Under the pieces are notes generated by a model that saw nothing but the letters and a program-made list of their open reading frames with translations, searched no databases and was not told the origin of the DNA. A DNA stretch of 60,550 nucleotides, the filler included. It is 4 parts of 4 records of this genome, joined end to end, with 100 filler letters (N's around TTAATTAATTAA, not from the genome) between each part and the next. Parts side by side here need not be neighbours in the genome. Positions count along the whole stretch, not along the records: positions 1 to 20,152 come from DRR723986_2395; 3 more parts are not named here. One strand, given 5' to 3'. Of this stretch, positions 1 to 10,555 are shown piece by piece. The first letter of the stretch is position 1. Every line of letters begins with the position of its first letter. Made by a program: the position numbers and the translations under genes.

Positions 1-220
1 CCCCAAGCTGAAGGGCGGCAAAGGCGGGCCGGTGGTCTTGCTGCACCACATCTGCCACCGCGAAATTCATGCGACCTTAACCGAGGCGGAGTTAGCACAA
101 TCCTACAACACGCCAGAGGCGCTGCTTGGGCATCCACGGCTTGCGAAATTCGCCAGATGGGTGGCCAAACGCCCGCCGGGGTTCTTGTCAAAGGTTCCGG
201 GCGGGCGGCGTAAGCGGTGA
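1..220 (+). CDS. HNH-endonuclease-like small protein, 5' end outside the window
   Basis: Frame is open from the window start: PKLKGGKGGPVVLLHHICHREIH resembles the C-terminal HNH motif of small Rhodobacteraceae HNH proteins. Confidence 0.7.
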   Translation, partial: PKLKGGKGGPVVLLHHICHREIHATLTEAELAQSYNTPEALLGHPRLAKFARWVAKRPPGFLSKVPGGRRKR

Positions 221-275
221 GCTGGATGGCCTGCCCGCAGCGGGGCAGACTTCGGTCAATATAGAAGGGTATCAC

Positions 276-350
276 ATGCGTTGGATGATTGTTTTTGCGG
301 GCCTTATGGCCATTGCTGCCTGTGATGTGCCGGTTGTGCCCCTGATCTAG
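276..350 (+). CDS. 24-aa micro-lipoprotein (MRWMIVFAGLMAIAAC-DVPVVPLI)
   Basis: AGAAGG RBS-like motif upstream of ATG at 276; charged N-terminus, hydrophobic core and IAAC lipobox; stop overlaps the convergent gene's stop. Confidence 0.55.
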   Translation: MRWMIVFAGLMAIAACDVPVVPLI

Positions 351-958
351 CTGCGGCACATCTTCTTTATGCCCCGCGCGATGGCAGGGTCCGCCGCGAC
401 AGTGTCGGCGGTCAGGTCATTGGCGTGTTGCAACAGATCCTCTGGCACTACGATCCGGTCAATAAGGCCAAAGGTCAGTGCCTCTTGGGCCTCGATCTTT
501 TGCCCGCCCATCAAGATCAGTTTGGTTCGGGACGGGCCTATCAAGGCTGCCATGCGGGCCGGATCAGAAGGTTGCGGCAAAAAGCCAAGTTTCATCACCG
601 GATAAAAGAACTTGGCCCCCGGCACCGCGATCCGCAAATCGCAGGCCAGCGCCATGCCCATCGCGCCGCCCGCCAGCGTTCCGTTGAGGGCCGCGATGGT
701 CAGACCGGGCAGGCCCGCGATGGCGCCGGATAGGCGTTCCCAAACATCCGATTTGGCCAATCCTGCGCGTGCCTCGTCCAGATCCGCGCCGGCGCTGAAT
801 ACCTTGCCCCGTCCGGTCAGGATCACCGCCCGCGCGTCTTGCGCGGCTTCCATCACATCGGCCAGTTCGGACAGCATCGCGTGGGTCAGCGAATTGGCTT
901 TGTCGGGGCGATTGATCGTGACCGTCAGCACATCACCTTTGCGGTCAGTCTCAATCAT
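347..958 (-). CDS. enoyl-CoA hydratase/isomerase family protein
   Basis: NRPDKANSL, FSAGADL and GGAMGMALACDLRIA crotonase motifs. Confidence 0.9.
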   Translation of the reverse strand: MIETDRKGDVLTVTINRPDKANSLTHAMLSELADVMEAAQDARAVILTGRGKVFSAGADLDEARAGLAKSDVWERLSGAIAGLPGLTIAALNGTLAGGAMGMALACDLRIAVPGAKFFYPVMKLGFLPQPSDPARMAALIGPSRTKLILMGGQKIEAQEALTFGLIDRIVVPEDLLQHANDLTADTVAADPAIARGIKKMCRS

Positions 959-1704
959 ATCAGGCCAACCGCCTTGCGGACGCCCTCATCCCGCAGAGAG
1001 ATTTCATCGCCTTTGAAACGATCCGCCTCGGCACTGCACATCCACAGCAGGGTACGGGCAGGCCAGTCAGCTGGAATATGATCCTCCCAGTTCAGTTTGC
1101 TGACCGGGTTGATGCCGCTTTGCTTGATCTCGCGCTGCATTTGCGTGGCAACTGTGCCTGGCGACAGACCAATGGCGCGGATGCCGCTTTCGACTTCTTC
1201 CAGATGCAAACAGCGGTTCAACATATTCACCGCCGCCTTGCCAGAGCAATAATGGCTCCACCCTTCGATTGCGCCGTGCGCCGCACCGGAGGATATGGTC
1301 AGCACCGAACCGCCGCCTGCATCCTTCATCACTGGCAGCGCCGCGCGGATGCCGTTGAACACGCCCTTGAGGTTGATGTCGATGTTCATCGCCCAACCGT
1401 CCGGGTCTGCCTCGGCCAAACGCGAAATGGGTTCAATTGCGCCCGCATTGTTGATCAGAACGTCCAATCCGCCAAAGGCCTGCACGGTGGTTTCAACCGC
1501 CGAAGACATCTCGCCAAACCGCGCCACGTTGCAGGGAATCGCGATGGCCTGTTTGCCGATCTCGCCTGCGATCTGCGCAATCGCCTCCTGTGAGCGGGCC
1601 AGAAGCGCGACATTTGCGCCCGCATCGGCAAAGACCCGCGCAGCCGCTTCGCCAATGCCGCGGCTGGCGCCGGTGATCATTACGGTTTTTCCGGTCATAT
1701 CCAT
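955..1704 (-). CDS. SDR family oxidoreductase
   Basis: TGASRGIG, NNAG and YCSGK (YxxxK) motifs. Confidence 0.92.
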   Translation of the reverse strand: MDMTGKTVMITGASRGIGEAAARVFADAGANVALLARSQEAIAQIAGEIGKQAIAIPCNVARFGEMSSAVETTVQAFGGLDVLINNAGAIEPISRLAEADPDGWAMNIDINLKGVFNGIRAALPVMKDAGGGSVLTISSGAAHGAIEGWSHYCSGKAAVNMLNRCLHLEEVESGIRAIGLSPGTVATQMQREIKQSGINPVSKLNWEDHIPADWPARTLLWMCSAEADRFKGDEISLRDEGVRKAVGLI

Positions 1705-1861
1705 AACGTGTTCCTTTGTGTGGGTCTGGGTTTTGCAACCTGATTGCCCTCTGTGGTAGTCTTACCCCGACCGAGGGTCCAGCCCCCCACCGCTGCCGCG
1801 GCTTGACCCTGCCGGGGGTTTGCACGACCTTGACGCGAAATTTGCCACAAAGGATTTATCT

Positions 1862-3391
1862 ATGTCCCGCTTTTCCACATCTTCCCTTTGCTTTGCCGTT
1901 CCGATGGTTTTCCTGTCGCAGGCCGCTTTGGCAGATCTCACCCCCGCACAGGTCTGGGGCGATTGGCAGCAATACATGGAAGGCATGGGATACAGCGTGC
2001 AGGGCCAGCAAAGCGCCAGCGGCAACAACCTGACGGTCAGTGACATCCAGTTGGGCTTTGAAATGCCCGACCAAGCCGGTTCTATGAACATGTCGATGGG
2101 CACGATTGTATTTGTCGGGCAAGGCGACGGATCGGTTGCGGTGGTCATGCCCGAGACCCTGCCTATGGTCATGACCGGGACCGACGGTGCCACCTCCTCG
2201 GCGTTCAAACTGACGATGGATTACATCCAGACCGGTCATTCCATGATCGTCAGCGGCACCCCCAAGCAGATGAATTATGCCTATACTGCCGACACCTTTG
2301 GCCTCAAGCTGCAACAGTTGGAGGCGGACGGTGAAGTGATCGGGCCCGAAACCGCGCGGTTTGATGTGACCGGCACCGGTCTGGTCAGCAACACCAGCAT
2401 GACGATCGGTGAATTGCGGGACTATCAACAATCCGGCAGCGTCGGCGGGATCAGCTATGATCTGTTTGTCGACAACCCCCAAGAGGGCAATCAAGTCAGC
2501 GTGAATGGCAATCTGCAGAACCTTGAGATGTCTGCAGAAGGGGCGATCCCGCTGTTGTTGGAAAAGGCCTCTGACACCTCCGCGATGATTAAGGCCGGGT
2601 TTGAGATCACCGGCGCGTTCAACGCCGGGTCCAGCGCGACCGCGATGCAGGTGACCGATCCGGTGAACGGCGATATGTCCCTGAACACCTCATCCCAAGG
2701 CAGCCGGTTGAGCGTTGATCTGGGCGCGGATGGAGTAAGCTATGGCGGCGGGCAGACCAATTTGCAGGTCACGATGAATGTGGCCGACCTGCCCTTCCCG
2801 ATTGAACTCAGCATGGCGCAAAGCGCATTTAACCTCGCCATCCCGGTCAGCAAATCAGACGAACAGCAGGATTTTGCCTTTGGCCTGACCATGGGCGATT
2901 TCCAGATGTCCGATCTGATCTGGGGCATCTTCGATCCGGCAGGCCAATTGCCCCGCGATCCGGCCACGTTGGTCATTGATCTGGCTGGCAAGGCCAAGCT
3001 TTTGGTTGATTACCTTGATCCCAAGGTTGCCGAGAACATGGGCGCAGATGTGCCCGGTGAGGTGGAGGCAGTCACCATCAACAAACTGCTGCTGGACGCG
3101 GTTGGCGCCAAGTTCGAAGCGGACGGTCAGGTGGCACTCGACAATGCCGACAAAACCACGATCCCCGGTTTCCCCAAACCTGTGGGAAGCATTTCCTTTA
3201 CCCTCGACGGGGCCAACGGCCTGATCGACAAACTGGTGTCCATGGGTTTGATCCCGGCGGATCAGGCGATGATGCCGCGAATGATGATGGGAATGATCAC
3301 CGTGCCTGCGGGCGGGCCGGATCAGCTGAAGTCCAAGATCGACTTTACCGAGGATGGCCAGATCCTCGCCAATGGGCAGCGGATCAAGTAA
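1862..3391 (+). CDS. exported protein, DUF2125-like
   Basis: Signal peptide ending AALA-DLTPAQVWGDWQ; beta-rich; C-terminal ILANGQRIK as in Roseobacter DUF2125 proteins; AAGGA upstream of ATG 1862. Confidence 0.7.
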   Translation: MSRFSTSSLCFAVPMVFLSQAALADLTPAQVWGDWQQYMEGMGYSVQGQQSASGNNLTVSDIQLGFEMPDQAGSMNMSMGTIVFVGQGDGSVAVVMPETLPMVMTGTDGATSSAFKLTMDYIQTGHSMIVSGTPKQMNYAYTADTFGLKLQQLEADGEVIGPETARFDVTGTGLVSNTSMTIGELRDYQQSGSVGGISYDLFVDNPQEGNQVSVNGNLQNLEMSAEGAIPLLLEKASDTSAMIKAGFEITGAFNAGSSATAMQVTDPVNGDMSLNTSSQGSRLSVDLGADGVSYGGGQTNLQVTMNVADLPFPIELSMAQSAFNLAIPVSKSDEQQDFAFGLTMGDFQMSDLIWGIFDPAGQLPRDPATLVIDLAGKAKLLVDYLDPKVAENMGADVPGEVEAVTINKLLLDAVGAKFEADGQVALDNADKTTIPGFPKPVGSISFTLDGANGLIDKLVSMGLIPADQAMMPRMMMGMITVPAGGPDQLKSKIDFTEDGQILANGQRIK

Positions 3392-3497
3392 CCAACCTTA
3401 GCCTTAGCTGCGGCCCATTTAGCCGCTCTTTGACCCTCCCCTTGTCCTGCCGGATGGGGAGGGTTACCTGTCTCTTCGACCCAAGCCGGAGTGTTTT

Positions 3498-4844
3498 ATG
3501 TCCCAGCCTCTTGATGCGCTGACCAAATCCCTGTTGCAGGCCGCCAAAACAGCCGGTGCCGACAGTGCCGATGCAAAGGCGATCCGGGCCACATCCGTGT
3601 CGGTCGATGTGCGGGCAGGAGCGCTGGAACAGGCGGAGCGATCCGAAGGTGTCGATATCGGCCTGCGGGTGTTTGTCGGGCAAAGGTCCGCAATTGTCTC
3701 GGCCTCTGATACCTCTTCGCGCACCATCGAAGAAATGGCCGAACGCGCCGTAGCCATGGCCAAAGAGGCCCCCGAAGATCCCTTTTCCGGTTTGGCAGAT
3801 CCCGATCAGCTGGCCACTCAATGGAACCTCGACGCGCTGGAGCTTGTCGATCCAACGGCAGAGCCAACGCCGCAGGCGATGCAGGATGACGCCGCAGAGG
3901 CCGAAGCGGCAGCATTGGCTGTCAAAGGGGTCACTCAGGTGCAATCGGCCAGTGCCGGATATGCCGCGCAGGCCACACATTTTGCCACCAGCAACGGCTT
4001 TGACGCTGGATACAGCCGGACAGATCGCGGATTGTCTTGTGTCGCTATCGCCGGAAGCGGCACGTCCATGGAACGGGACTACGACGGGGATGGCCGGATT
4101 TTTCAGTCCGACATGCGTGCGCCCGATGACATCGGGCAAACCGCAGGCGAACGCGCCGTGGCGCGGCTTGATGCGCGCAAACCTCCCACGGGCGCCTTTC
4201 CCGTGCTGTTTGACGAACGGATTTCTTCCAGCTTGATCGGCCATCTGCTTGGCGCGATTAACGGATCATCCATCGCACGGGGTGCCTCGTTTTTGCGCGA
4301 TGCGATGGGAGAGGCCGTGTTGCCCGATCATCTGTCGCTGATCGAAGACCCACACCGCCCCCGCGCCAGCGGATCACGCCCCTTTGATGGGGAAGCCCTG
4401 CCAACGGCACGGCGCATGATTGTGGAAAACGGGGTTTTGCAAGGCTGGACCCTGGATTTGGCCACCGCCCGCAAGCTGGACCTCGCGCCGACAGGAAACG
4501 CGGCACGCAGCACTTCCTCGGGGCCCTCGCCATCAAATTGGAATATCGAACTGACCCAAGGTGCAGCCAGCCGCGATGATCTGATCCGCGAGATGGGCAC
4601 AGGGCTTTTGGTGACCTCAATGATCGGCAGCACAATCAACCCCAACACCGGCGATTATTCGCGCGGGGCGGCTGGTCATTGGGTCCAGAACGGTGAGATC
4701 ACCCATACGATCAACGAATGCACTATCGCGGGCAATCTGCGCGATATGCTGCGCAATATGCGACCCGCCAATGATGCCCGCACCCACCTGAGCCGGGTTG
4801 TGCCATCGCTTTTGATACCGGGAATGACCCTTGCCGGCGCGTGA
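3498..4844 (+). CDS. pmbA: TldD/PmbA family protein (PmbA/TldE type)
   Basis: SRPFDGE, TGNAAR, NPNTGDYSRGAAG and TIAGNL motifs. Confidence 0.88.
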   Translation: MSQPLDALTKSLLQAAKTAGADSADAKAIRATSVSVDVRAGALEQAERSEGVDIGLRVFVGQRSAIVSASDTSSRTIEEMAERAVAMAKEAPEDPFSGLADPDQLATQWNLDALELVDPTAEPTPQAMQDDAAEAEAAALAVKGVTQVQSASAGYAAQATHFATSNGFDAGYSRTDRGLSCVAIAGSGTSMERDYDGDGRIFQSDMRAPDDIGQTAGERAVARLDARKPPTGAFPVLFDERISSSLIGHLLGAINGSSIARGASFLRDAMGEAVLPDHLSLIEDPHRPRASGSRPFDGEALPTARRMIVENGVLQGWTLDLATARKLDLAPTGNAARSTSSGPSPSNWNIELTQGAASRDDLIREMGTGLLVTSMIGSTINPNTGDYSRGAAGHWVQNGEITHTINECTIAGNLRDMLRNMRPANDARTHLSRVVPSLLIPGMTLAGA

Positions 4845-5607
4845 TCTGCCTCTGCTGATTGATGCCGCCCGCATGGCAGGGCGTGTCGCCACCAGCTTTG
4901 CCGGGAGAACCGCCGCGCGCTGGGACAAGCCCGGCGATGCAGGCCCGGTGACAGAGGCCGATCTGGCGGTCAATGATCTGTTGCTGACCAATCTACGGCA
5001 GGCGCGACCCGACTATGGCTGGCTGTCCGAAGAAACCGAAGACAACACCGACCGTTTGACCCAAGACCGCGTTTTCATCGTCGATCCCATTGATGGCACC
5101 CGCAGTTTCATGGAGGGGTCCAGCACTTGGGCCCATGCCATTGCCGTGGCGGAGCAGGGCGTGGTGACTGCCGCCGTGGTCTACCTGCCACTGCGAAACA
5201 AGCTCTACTCTGCATCTCTGGGGGGAGGGGCATACCTCAATGGTCAGCCGATACGCGCCACCAAACAACCCAGTCTGGAAAAATCCACGGTTCTGGCCGC
5301 CAAACCCGCGTTGCACAGCGGGTTTTGGCGCGGCGGGGCCACGCCGGAGTTTACCCGCAACTACCGCCCATCCCTGGCTTACCGGCTGGCGCTGGTGGCA
5401 CAGGGGCGGTTTGATGCAATGCTCACGCTGCGGCGCAGTTGGGAATGGGACATTGCTGCAGGGGCGCTGATCGTGGCCGAAGCGGGCGGTGTCTGCTCTG
5501 ACCAAACCGGCCAGCCGCTGCGCTTCAACAACCCTGATCCGCGGCTCAATGGCGTGGTGGCGGGCGGTGCGCCCTCTCAAATTGCTCTGATCGACGCCCT
5601 TGCGTGA
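4831..5607 (+). CDS. inositol monophosphatase/CysQ family phosphatase
   Basis: VTEAD, LSEE, DPIDGTRSF and WDIAAG motifs; TTG start overlapping the pmbA end. Confidence 0.9.
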   Translation: MPARDLPLLIDAARMAGRVATSFAGRTAARWDKPGDAGPVTEADLAVNDLLLTNLRQARPDYGWLSEETEDNTDRLTQDRVFIVDPIDGTRSFMEGSSTWAHAIAVAEQGVVTAAVVYLPLRNKLYSASLGGGAYLNGQPIRATKQPSLEKSTVLAAKPALHSGFWRGGATPEFTRNYRPSLAYRLALVAQGRFDAMLTLRRSWEWDIAAGALIVAEAGGVCSDQTGQPLRFNNPDPRLNGVVAGGAPSQIALIDALA

Positions 5608-5659
5608 GGCCCCGCATCTGATAGGCAGAGATCAATCTACATCCATCAAAGGAAGCATT

Positions 5660-5902
5660 ATGGCACAGCGTCTGCATCTGGTTTTTGGCGGTGAACTGGT
5701 GAACCCCAGCGAAAACGTCTTTAAAAATGTTGATGATCTCCACATCGTCGGAATTTTCCCCGATTACGCGACCGCCTATGACGCTTGGAAAAACGAGGCG
5801 CAGCGGACCGTGGACAACGCGCATATGCGTTATTTCATCGCGCACCTGCACCGGCTGCGCGACGAAGAGGCTGCTGCGTCTTCCACCGAAGAGTTGGGCT
5901 AA
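5660..5902 (+). CDS. DUF4170 family protein
   Basis: QRLHLVFGGEL...AQRTVDNAHMRYFI signature; AAGGA upstream of ATG 5660. Confidence 0.85.
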   Translation: MAQRLHLVFGGELVNPSENVFKNVDDLHIVGIFPDYATAYDAWKNEAQRTVDNAHMRYFIAHLHRLRDEEAAASSTEELG

Positions 5903-5908
5903 CTTCCA

Positions 5909-7141
5909 ATGGCGCGGTCGCTGGGGCTGACCGCCTATCGGGCCTTGGCCCGGCGGGCAGAGGCACAGACCAAAGAACCGTTTGCCCCGCGCCCGGAGGG
6001 GGAGCTGCTTTGGCTGCATGCCGCCGAGCCGGGCAATGTGATCGCGCTTCAGGATTTGGCCGTGCGGATGTGCGGGGCGCGGATCGGCTTGCATGTTTTG
6101 ATCACGCTGCCGGATGGCGATACTGCACCGCCGCCTCTGCAACAACGCCCCGATGTGACGATTATCCAAGCGCCCGCGCCCAGCGAACACCCTGCCGCCG
6201 TTGCCGCATTTCTGGATCATTGGCGGCCTGATGCCTGTGTCTGGGCCTGGGGCGCGTTGCGGCCGAACCTGATACTTGAGACCGCGCAGCGGCAATGCCC
6301 GCTCATTCTGGTCGATGCAGACACCCGCGGTTTTGACGGACGGCGCGACCGCTGGTTGCCCGATCTGACGCGGCGGCTTTTGTCACAATTCTCAGCGGTC
6401 ATGGCACGAAGCGAAGCGGCGCGGCGGCGTTTGGTGCAACTGGGCCAGCCGCGCAACCAGATCGACCTGACCGATCCGTTGCTCGCTGGGGGGCAGGCTT
6501 TGCCCTATGTGGACTCCGATTTGTCGGAAATGTCCGCGACCATCGGCGGACGCCCGGTCTGGTTTGCTGCGCAGATCTTGCCAAAAGAAGTGCCCGTTGT
6601 CCTGTCGGCCCATCGCAAGGCGATGCGCCTGTCCCACCGGCTCTTGTTGATCTTGCATCCAGCCACCCCGCAGGACGCGGGCGCCGCAGCAGCGCTGGCC
6701 GCAGAGCGGGACTTTTCGGTGCTCAATTGGGGAAATGACGGCTTTCCCGACGAGTCGACGCAGGTCTTGATTGCCGATGAAACCCGCGATCTGGGCCTGT
6801 TTTTCCGCATTGCGCCTGTCTCGTTCCTTGGATCGTCCCTGATCGCAGGTGAAGGCGGCTGTGATCCGTTTGATGCGGCGGCACTTGGCTCTGCCGTGCT
6901 CTATGGGCCAAAGGTACGCCATTTCATGCCGTCCTACACGCGGCTGGCGGCAGCCGGGGCGGCGCGGATTGTGAATGATGCCGATGCTTTGGGCACAGCT
7001 GTGTCACGGTTGATTGCCCCCGATCAGGCCGCCGCGATGGCCCATGCCGGCTGGGATGTAATCAGCAAAGGCGCGGCGGTGACGGACAAGATCACCGATC
7101 TGATCCAAGATATTCTGGACACGAGAGAGGCAGACAAATGA
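5909..7141 (+). CDS. waaA: Kdo transferase (WaaA/KdtA)-like protein with degenerate catalytic motifs
   Basis: [26 protein letters not shown] and AVLYGP give the WaaA-like layout; directly upstream of lpxK. Confidence 0.75.
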   Translation: MARSLGLTAYRALARRAEAQTKEPFAPRPEGELLWLHAAEPGNVIALQDLAVRMCGARIGLHVLITLPDGDTAPPPLQQRPDVTIIQAPAPSEHPAAVAAFLDHWRPDACVWAWGALRPNLILETAQRQCPLILVDADTRGFDGRRDRWLPDLTRRLLSQFSAVMARSEAARRRLVQLGQPRNQIDLTDPLLAGGQALPYVDSDLSEMSATIGGRPVWFAAQILPKEVPVVLSAHRKAMRLSHRLLLILHPATPQDAGAAAALAAERDFSVLNWGNDGFPDESTQVLIADETRDLGLFFRIAPVSFLGSSLIAGEGGCDPFDAAALGSAVLYGPKVRHFMPSYTRLAAAGAARIVNDADALGTAVSRLIAPDQAAAMAHAGWDVISKGAAVTDKITDLIQDILDTREADK

Positions 7142-8130
7142 CCCGAGCGCCGGATTTTTGGCATAAACCCAAGCCGGCTCTGCGGGCGCACCTGCTGCGC
7201 CCGTTGGGCGCGCTTTATAGCATGGCAACGGCCCGCAGGTTGGCACAAGGCGCGCGGGAGCGGCTGAATATTCCCGTGATCTGTGTCGGAAACATCAATG
7301 CGGGCGGTACAGGCAAAACGCCCACGGTCATGGCCGTGGTGGAACATTTGCGCGGGTTGTTTCACGAACCGCACATTGTTTCGCGCGGGTATGGCGGCAC
7401 GCTTGATGGGCCTGTGCAGGTAGATCCCGCGCGGCACAGGGCGGCGGATGTCGGGGATGAACCATTGCTCTTGTCCGCCTTTGCAGAGGTTTGGGTGGCC
7501 AAGGATCGCGCCGCCGGGGCGCGGGCCGCGCAGGAGGCAGGCGCGAGCGTTATTGTGCTGGACGACGGGTTCCAGAATCCGGCGCTGCAGCAAGATCTGA
7601 GCATTGTGGTGGTAGACGCCGCAAAGGGGTTTGGCAACGGATTGTGCCTGCCCGCCGGACCGCTCCGCGAACCTGCGGCGGTTGGGTTGGCGCGGGCCGA
7701 TCTGCTGTTGTCGATTGGGGATGCGGCCGCGCAATCAGAGTTTGATACCGCCGCATTGCCCAGCGATCTGCCGCATGTAAAGGCCGCACTTGCACCTTTG
7801 CAAACCGGCATGGATTGGACGGATACCAAGGCTTTGGCCTTTGCCGGCATCGGTCACCCGGAGAAGTTCTTTGCCACCTTGCGGGGCCTTGGCGCGCAGA
7901 TCGTACATGCCGAGGCGCTGGACGATCATCAGCCCTTAACGCCTGCCCTGATGACCCGGCTAGAGGCGGATGCAAGGGCCAGAGGGGCGCAGTTGGTCAC
8001 CACGGAAAAGGATGCGGTGCGCCTGCCTGCGAATTTCCGTAGCAAAGTGATCACCTTGCCGGTGCGCCTCGACTTGCCGGAAAACAACGTTTTGTTTGCT
8101 GCTTTGGATAGCCTGCCCAAGCCAGCGTAA
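7138..8130 (+). CDS. lpxK: tetraacyldisaccharide 4'-kinase
   Basis: [29 protein letters not shown] and TTEKDAVR. Confidence 0.95.
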   Translation: MTRAPDFWHKPKPALRAHLLRPLGALYSMATARRLAQGARERLNIPVICVGNINAGGTGKTPTVMAVVEHLRGLFHEPHIVSRGYGGTLDGPVQVDPARHRAADVGDEPLLLSAFAEVWVAKDRAAGARAAQEAGASVIVLDDGFQNPALQQDLSIVVVDAAKGFGNGLCLPAGPLREPAAVGLARADLLLSIGDAAAQSEFDTAALPSDLPHVKAALAPLQTGMDWTDTKALAFAGIGHPEKFFATLRGLGAQIVHAEALDDHQPLTPALMTRLEADARARGAQLVTTEKDAVRLPANFRSKVITLPVRLDLPENNVLFAALDSLPKPA

Positions 8131-8154
8131 TCCAATTGTTTTGACCAATCGGGA

Positions 8155-9267
8155 TCAGTCGTCTTCGCCCAGTTTCGGCGCTGGTCGGTGCAGCGCCAGA
8201 TCAGCGCCCGAAAAGGTAAACGGTGACCGCAACCCCGGCACACCGTCCAATTCGATCTGCATCCCCCGCGCCACCACTTGTGGATCGGCCATCACATCGG
8301 ACAAATCATTGATCGGTCCCGCAGGCACATTATGCGTCTCGCAGTCGGCCAAAAGATCATCGCGGCTGCGCTTTGACGTGGCCTCATTAAACCGCCGGAT
8401 CATCTCTGGCCGGTTCGCAACACGGTCGGCATTCTTGGCGTAATCCGGCGAAGTTGCCATATCCTCAAGACCCAGCAACCGGCAGAGGCGTTGATACTGA
8501 CCGTCGTTGCCTGTGGCGATGATCAGGTGGCCGTCGCTGCTTTCAAACACCTCATAGGGGGTCAGATTGGGATGCGCGTTGCCCATACGCCCCGGCGCGT
8601 TGCCCGTCAGCATGTAGTTCATCGCCTGATTGCCCATGATCGCCACGGCACAATCAAGCAATGCCATGTCGATATGCTGGCCCATGCCGGTCTGGCTGCG
8701 CTGATGCACTGCCGCAAGGATCGCGGTCGTGGCATAGATACCGGTGAAAATATCCGTGATCGCCATGCCGGATTTCTGCGGCTGGCGGTCCGGCTCTCCG
8801 GTGATCGACATCAGACCGGACATGCCTTGGATGATAAAATCATAGCCCGCGCGGTGGGCATAGGGACCCGTGTGACCAAAGCCGGTGATGGAACAATAGA
8901 TCAGCCCCGGAAATTCTTCTTTCAGGCTGTCATAGTCGAGGCCGTATTTGGCCAATCCGCCGGTCTTGAAATTCTCGATCAAAATATCCGCATCGCGCAG
9001 CAGGTCTTTGACCTTGGCCTGCCCATCGGCGCTGCGAAAATCAGCCGTCACAGAGGCTTTGCCGCGGTTGGCGGAATGGAAATACCCTGCGGTCACATCC
9101 TCGTTGCGGGTGACAAAGGGTGGACCCCATTGGCGGGTGTCATCGCCATCGGGACTTTCGACTTTGATCACCTCGCATCCGAGGTCAGAGAGGGTCTGAC
9201 CGGCCCATGGGCCAGCCAGAACGCGGGCCAGTTCAACAACTTTCAGCCCTTGCAGTGGTGCGGTCAT
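8155..9267 (-). CDS. CaiB/BaiF family III CoA transferase
   Basis: LAGPWAG, GDDTRQWGPP, NRGK, GYDFIIQGMSG and catalytic ITDIFTG. Confidence 0.93.
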   Translation of the reverse strand: MTAPLQGLKVVELARVLAGPWAGQTLSDLGCEVIKVESPDGDDTRQWGPPFVTRNEDVTAGYFHSANRGKASVTADFRSADGQAKVKDLLRDADILIENFKTGGLAKYGLDYDSLKEEFPGLIYCSITGFGHTGPYAHRAGYDFIIQGMSGLMSITGEPDRQPQKSGMAITDIFTGIYATTAILAAVHQRSQTGMGQHIDMALLDCAVAIMGNQAMNYMLTGNAPGRMGNAHPNLTPYEVFESSDGHLIIATGNDGQYQRLCRLLGLEDMATSPDYAKNADRVANRPEMIRRFNEATSKRSRDDLLADCETHNVPAGPINDLSDVMADPQVVARGMQIELDGVPGLRSPFTFSGADLALHRPAPKLGEDD

Positions 9268-9941
9268 TAGCCGGCCAGCTCTGTTTCGATGATGTCTTTG
9301 AGCTGATCATAGGCCATGTTGCTGTACTTGGTCCCGTTGATGATAAAGCTGGGTGTGCTGTCGATATCATCAGCTTTGCCGTTTTCCTGAAACCACGCAT
9401 AAAGCGTCTCGGCCTGTTTGCCGTCCTGCAGGCAGGCTTCGATGGCGTCATTGTCCAATCCTGCCAGACGCCCGATTTTGCGCAACTCATCGACTATTGC
9501 CGCAGGCTCACCCGCCCGCGCCCATGTAGATTGGCTTTTGTAAATCAGGTCGATGATGCCAAAGAACTTTTCCTCACCGCCGCAGCGGGCGATCAAAGAT
9601 GCCCAGATGCCGGGCCGGTCAAAATAGACCTCGCGGTAGACAAATTTGATTTTGCCGGTGTCGATATAATCCGCCTTGAGTTTTTTGAACGTACCCTCGT
9701 GGAAGGCCGCGCAATGCGGGCAGGTGAAAGATGCATATTCGGTAATGGTCACAGCCGCATCGGGGTTACCCAGCACCATGTCCGAAACGCTTGAGGTATC
9801 CACCTCACCACTGGTTTGCGCGTTAGCGGCATTGGCCAATGGGTTCACGGGTGTTGACCCGCTGCGCGTGTTGCTGGTCAGATACCAGCCGCCCATTCCC
9901 ACAACGGCCAACGCGCCCAGGATCATATTTCTACGGTTCAT
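9267..9941 (-). CDS. DsbA family thiol-disulfide oxidoreductase
   Basis: EYASFTCPHC active site and STPSF cis-Pro loop; N-terminal signal anchor. Confidence 0.92.
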   Translation of the reverse strand: MNRRNMILGALAVVGMGGWYLTSNTRSGSTPVNPLANAANAQTSGEVDTSSVSDMVLGNPDAAVTITEYASFTCPHCAAFHEGTFKKLKADYIDTGKIKFVYREVYFDRPGIWASLIARCGGEEKFFGIIDLIYKSQSTWARAGEPAAIVDELRKIGRLAGLDNDAIEACLQDGKQAETLYAWFQENGKADDIDSTPSFIINGTKYSNMAYDQLKDIIETELAG

Positions 9942-9962
9942 GTCGTTTCCTTTGTCAGCTTT

Positions 9963-10472
9963 TCAGCGTTTGTTCTTGTTCAATATGTTCTCGCCCAGCC
10001 GCGCAAGGGCATCGCGCAAACCATCATCCGATACCGGATCAACTGTCGCCGCCGCTTTTTGACGCAGCGCAGGGTCAGGTTTTGCCTGGGGCGTTTTGGG
10101 CTTTTGATGAGAGAAATCCACCTTGCCTTCGGCAAAGCCGGTCGCGGCGGTTTGAGTGATCCGCACGCGGGCAATGGCGTTGTAGCCATAGACCGCATTC
10201 ACCCTCTGCCGCAGTTTTTCCTTTTGCATTTCCAGCATCGGCGCATTGGCCCCGGTGGTCAGCAAGGTCAGAGTTGCGCCCATTCCGCCCCGGCCATAGC
10301 CAACTTCGACCGGGCGGGCCATGGCAGCAATATCTTCGCCCGCAATTTCGGCCCATTGGGTCAGCAGGCGTGACTGGGCAAAGCCGCGGGTCTCGCTGGC
10401 ACGGCGGATCTGGTCGGTCAGCAGGCTGTCCGTCCGTTTGAACCCTTTTGTACTGGCGCGCCGTGGCGGCAT
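9963..10472 (-). CDS. dciA: DUF721/DciA family protein
   Basis: LLTQWAEIAG...VNAVYGYNAIARVRITQ; conserved position between dsbA and mutY. Confidence 0.8.
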   Translation of the reverse strand: MPPRRASTKGFKRTDSLLTDQIRRASETRGFAQSRLLTQWAEIAGEDIAAMARPVEVGYGRGGMGATLTLLTTGANAPMLEMQKEKLRQRVNAVYGYNAIARVRITQTAATGFAEGKVDFSHQKPKTPQAKPDPALRQKAAATVDPVSDDGLRDALARLGENILNKNKR

Positions 10473-10555
10473 GACTATGTTTCCCTTTGGATCGGGTTCA
10501 ACATAATGGTTTGCCCCCGTATCACCAGCCCAGAGCGACAGCGGAGCCATAAAGA

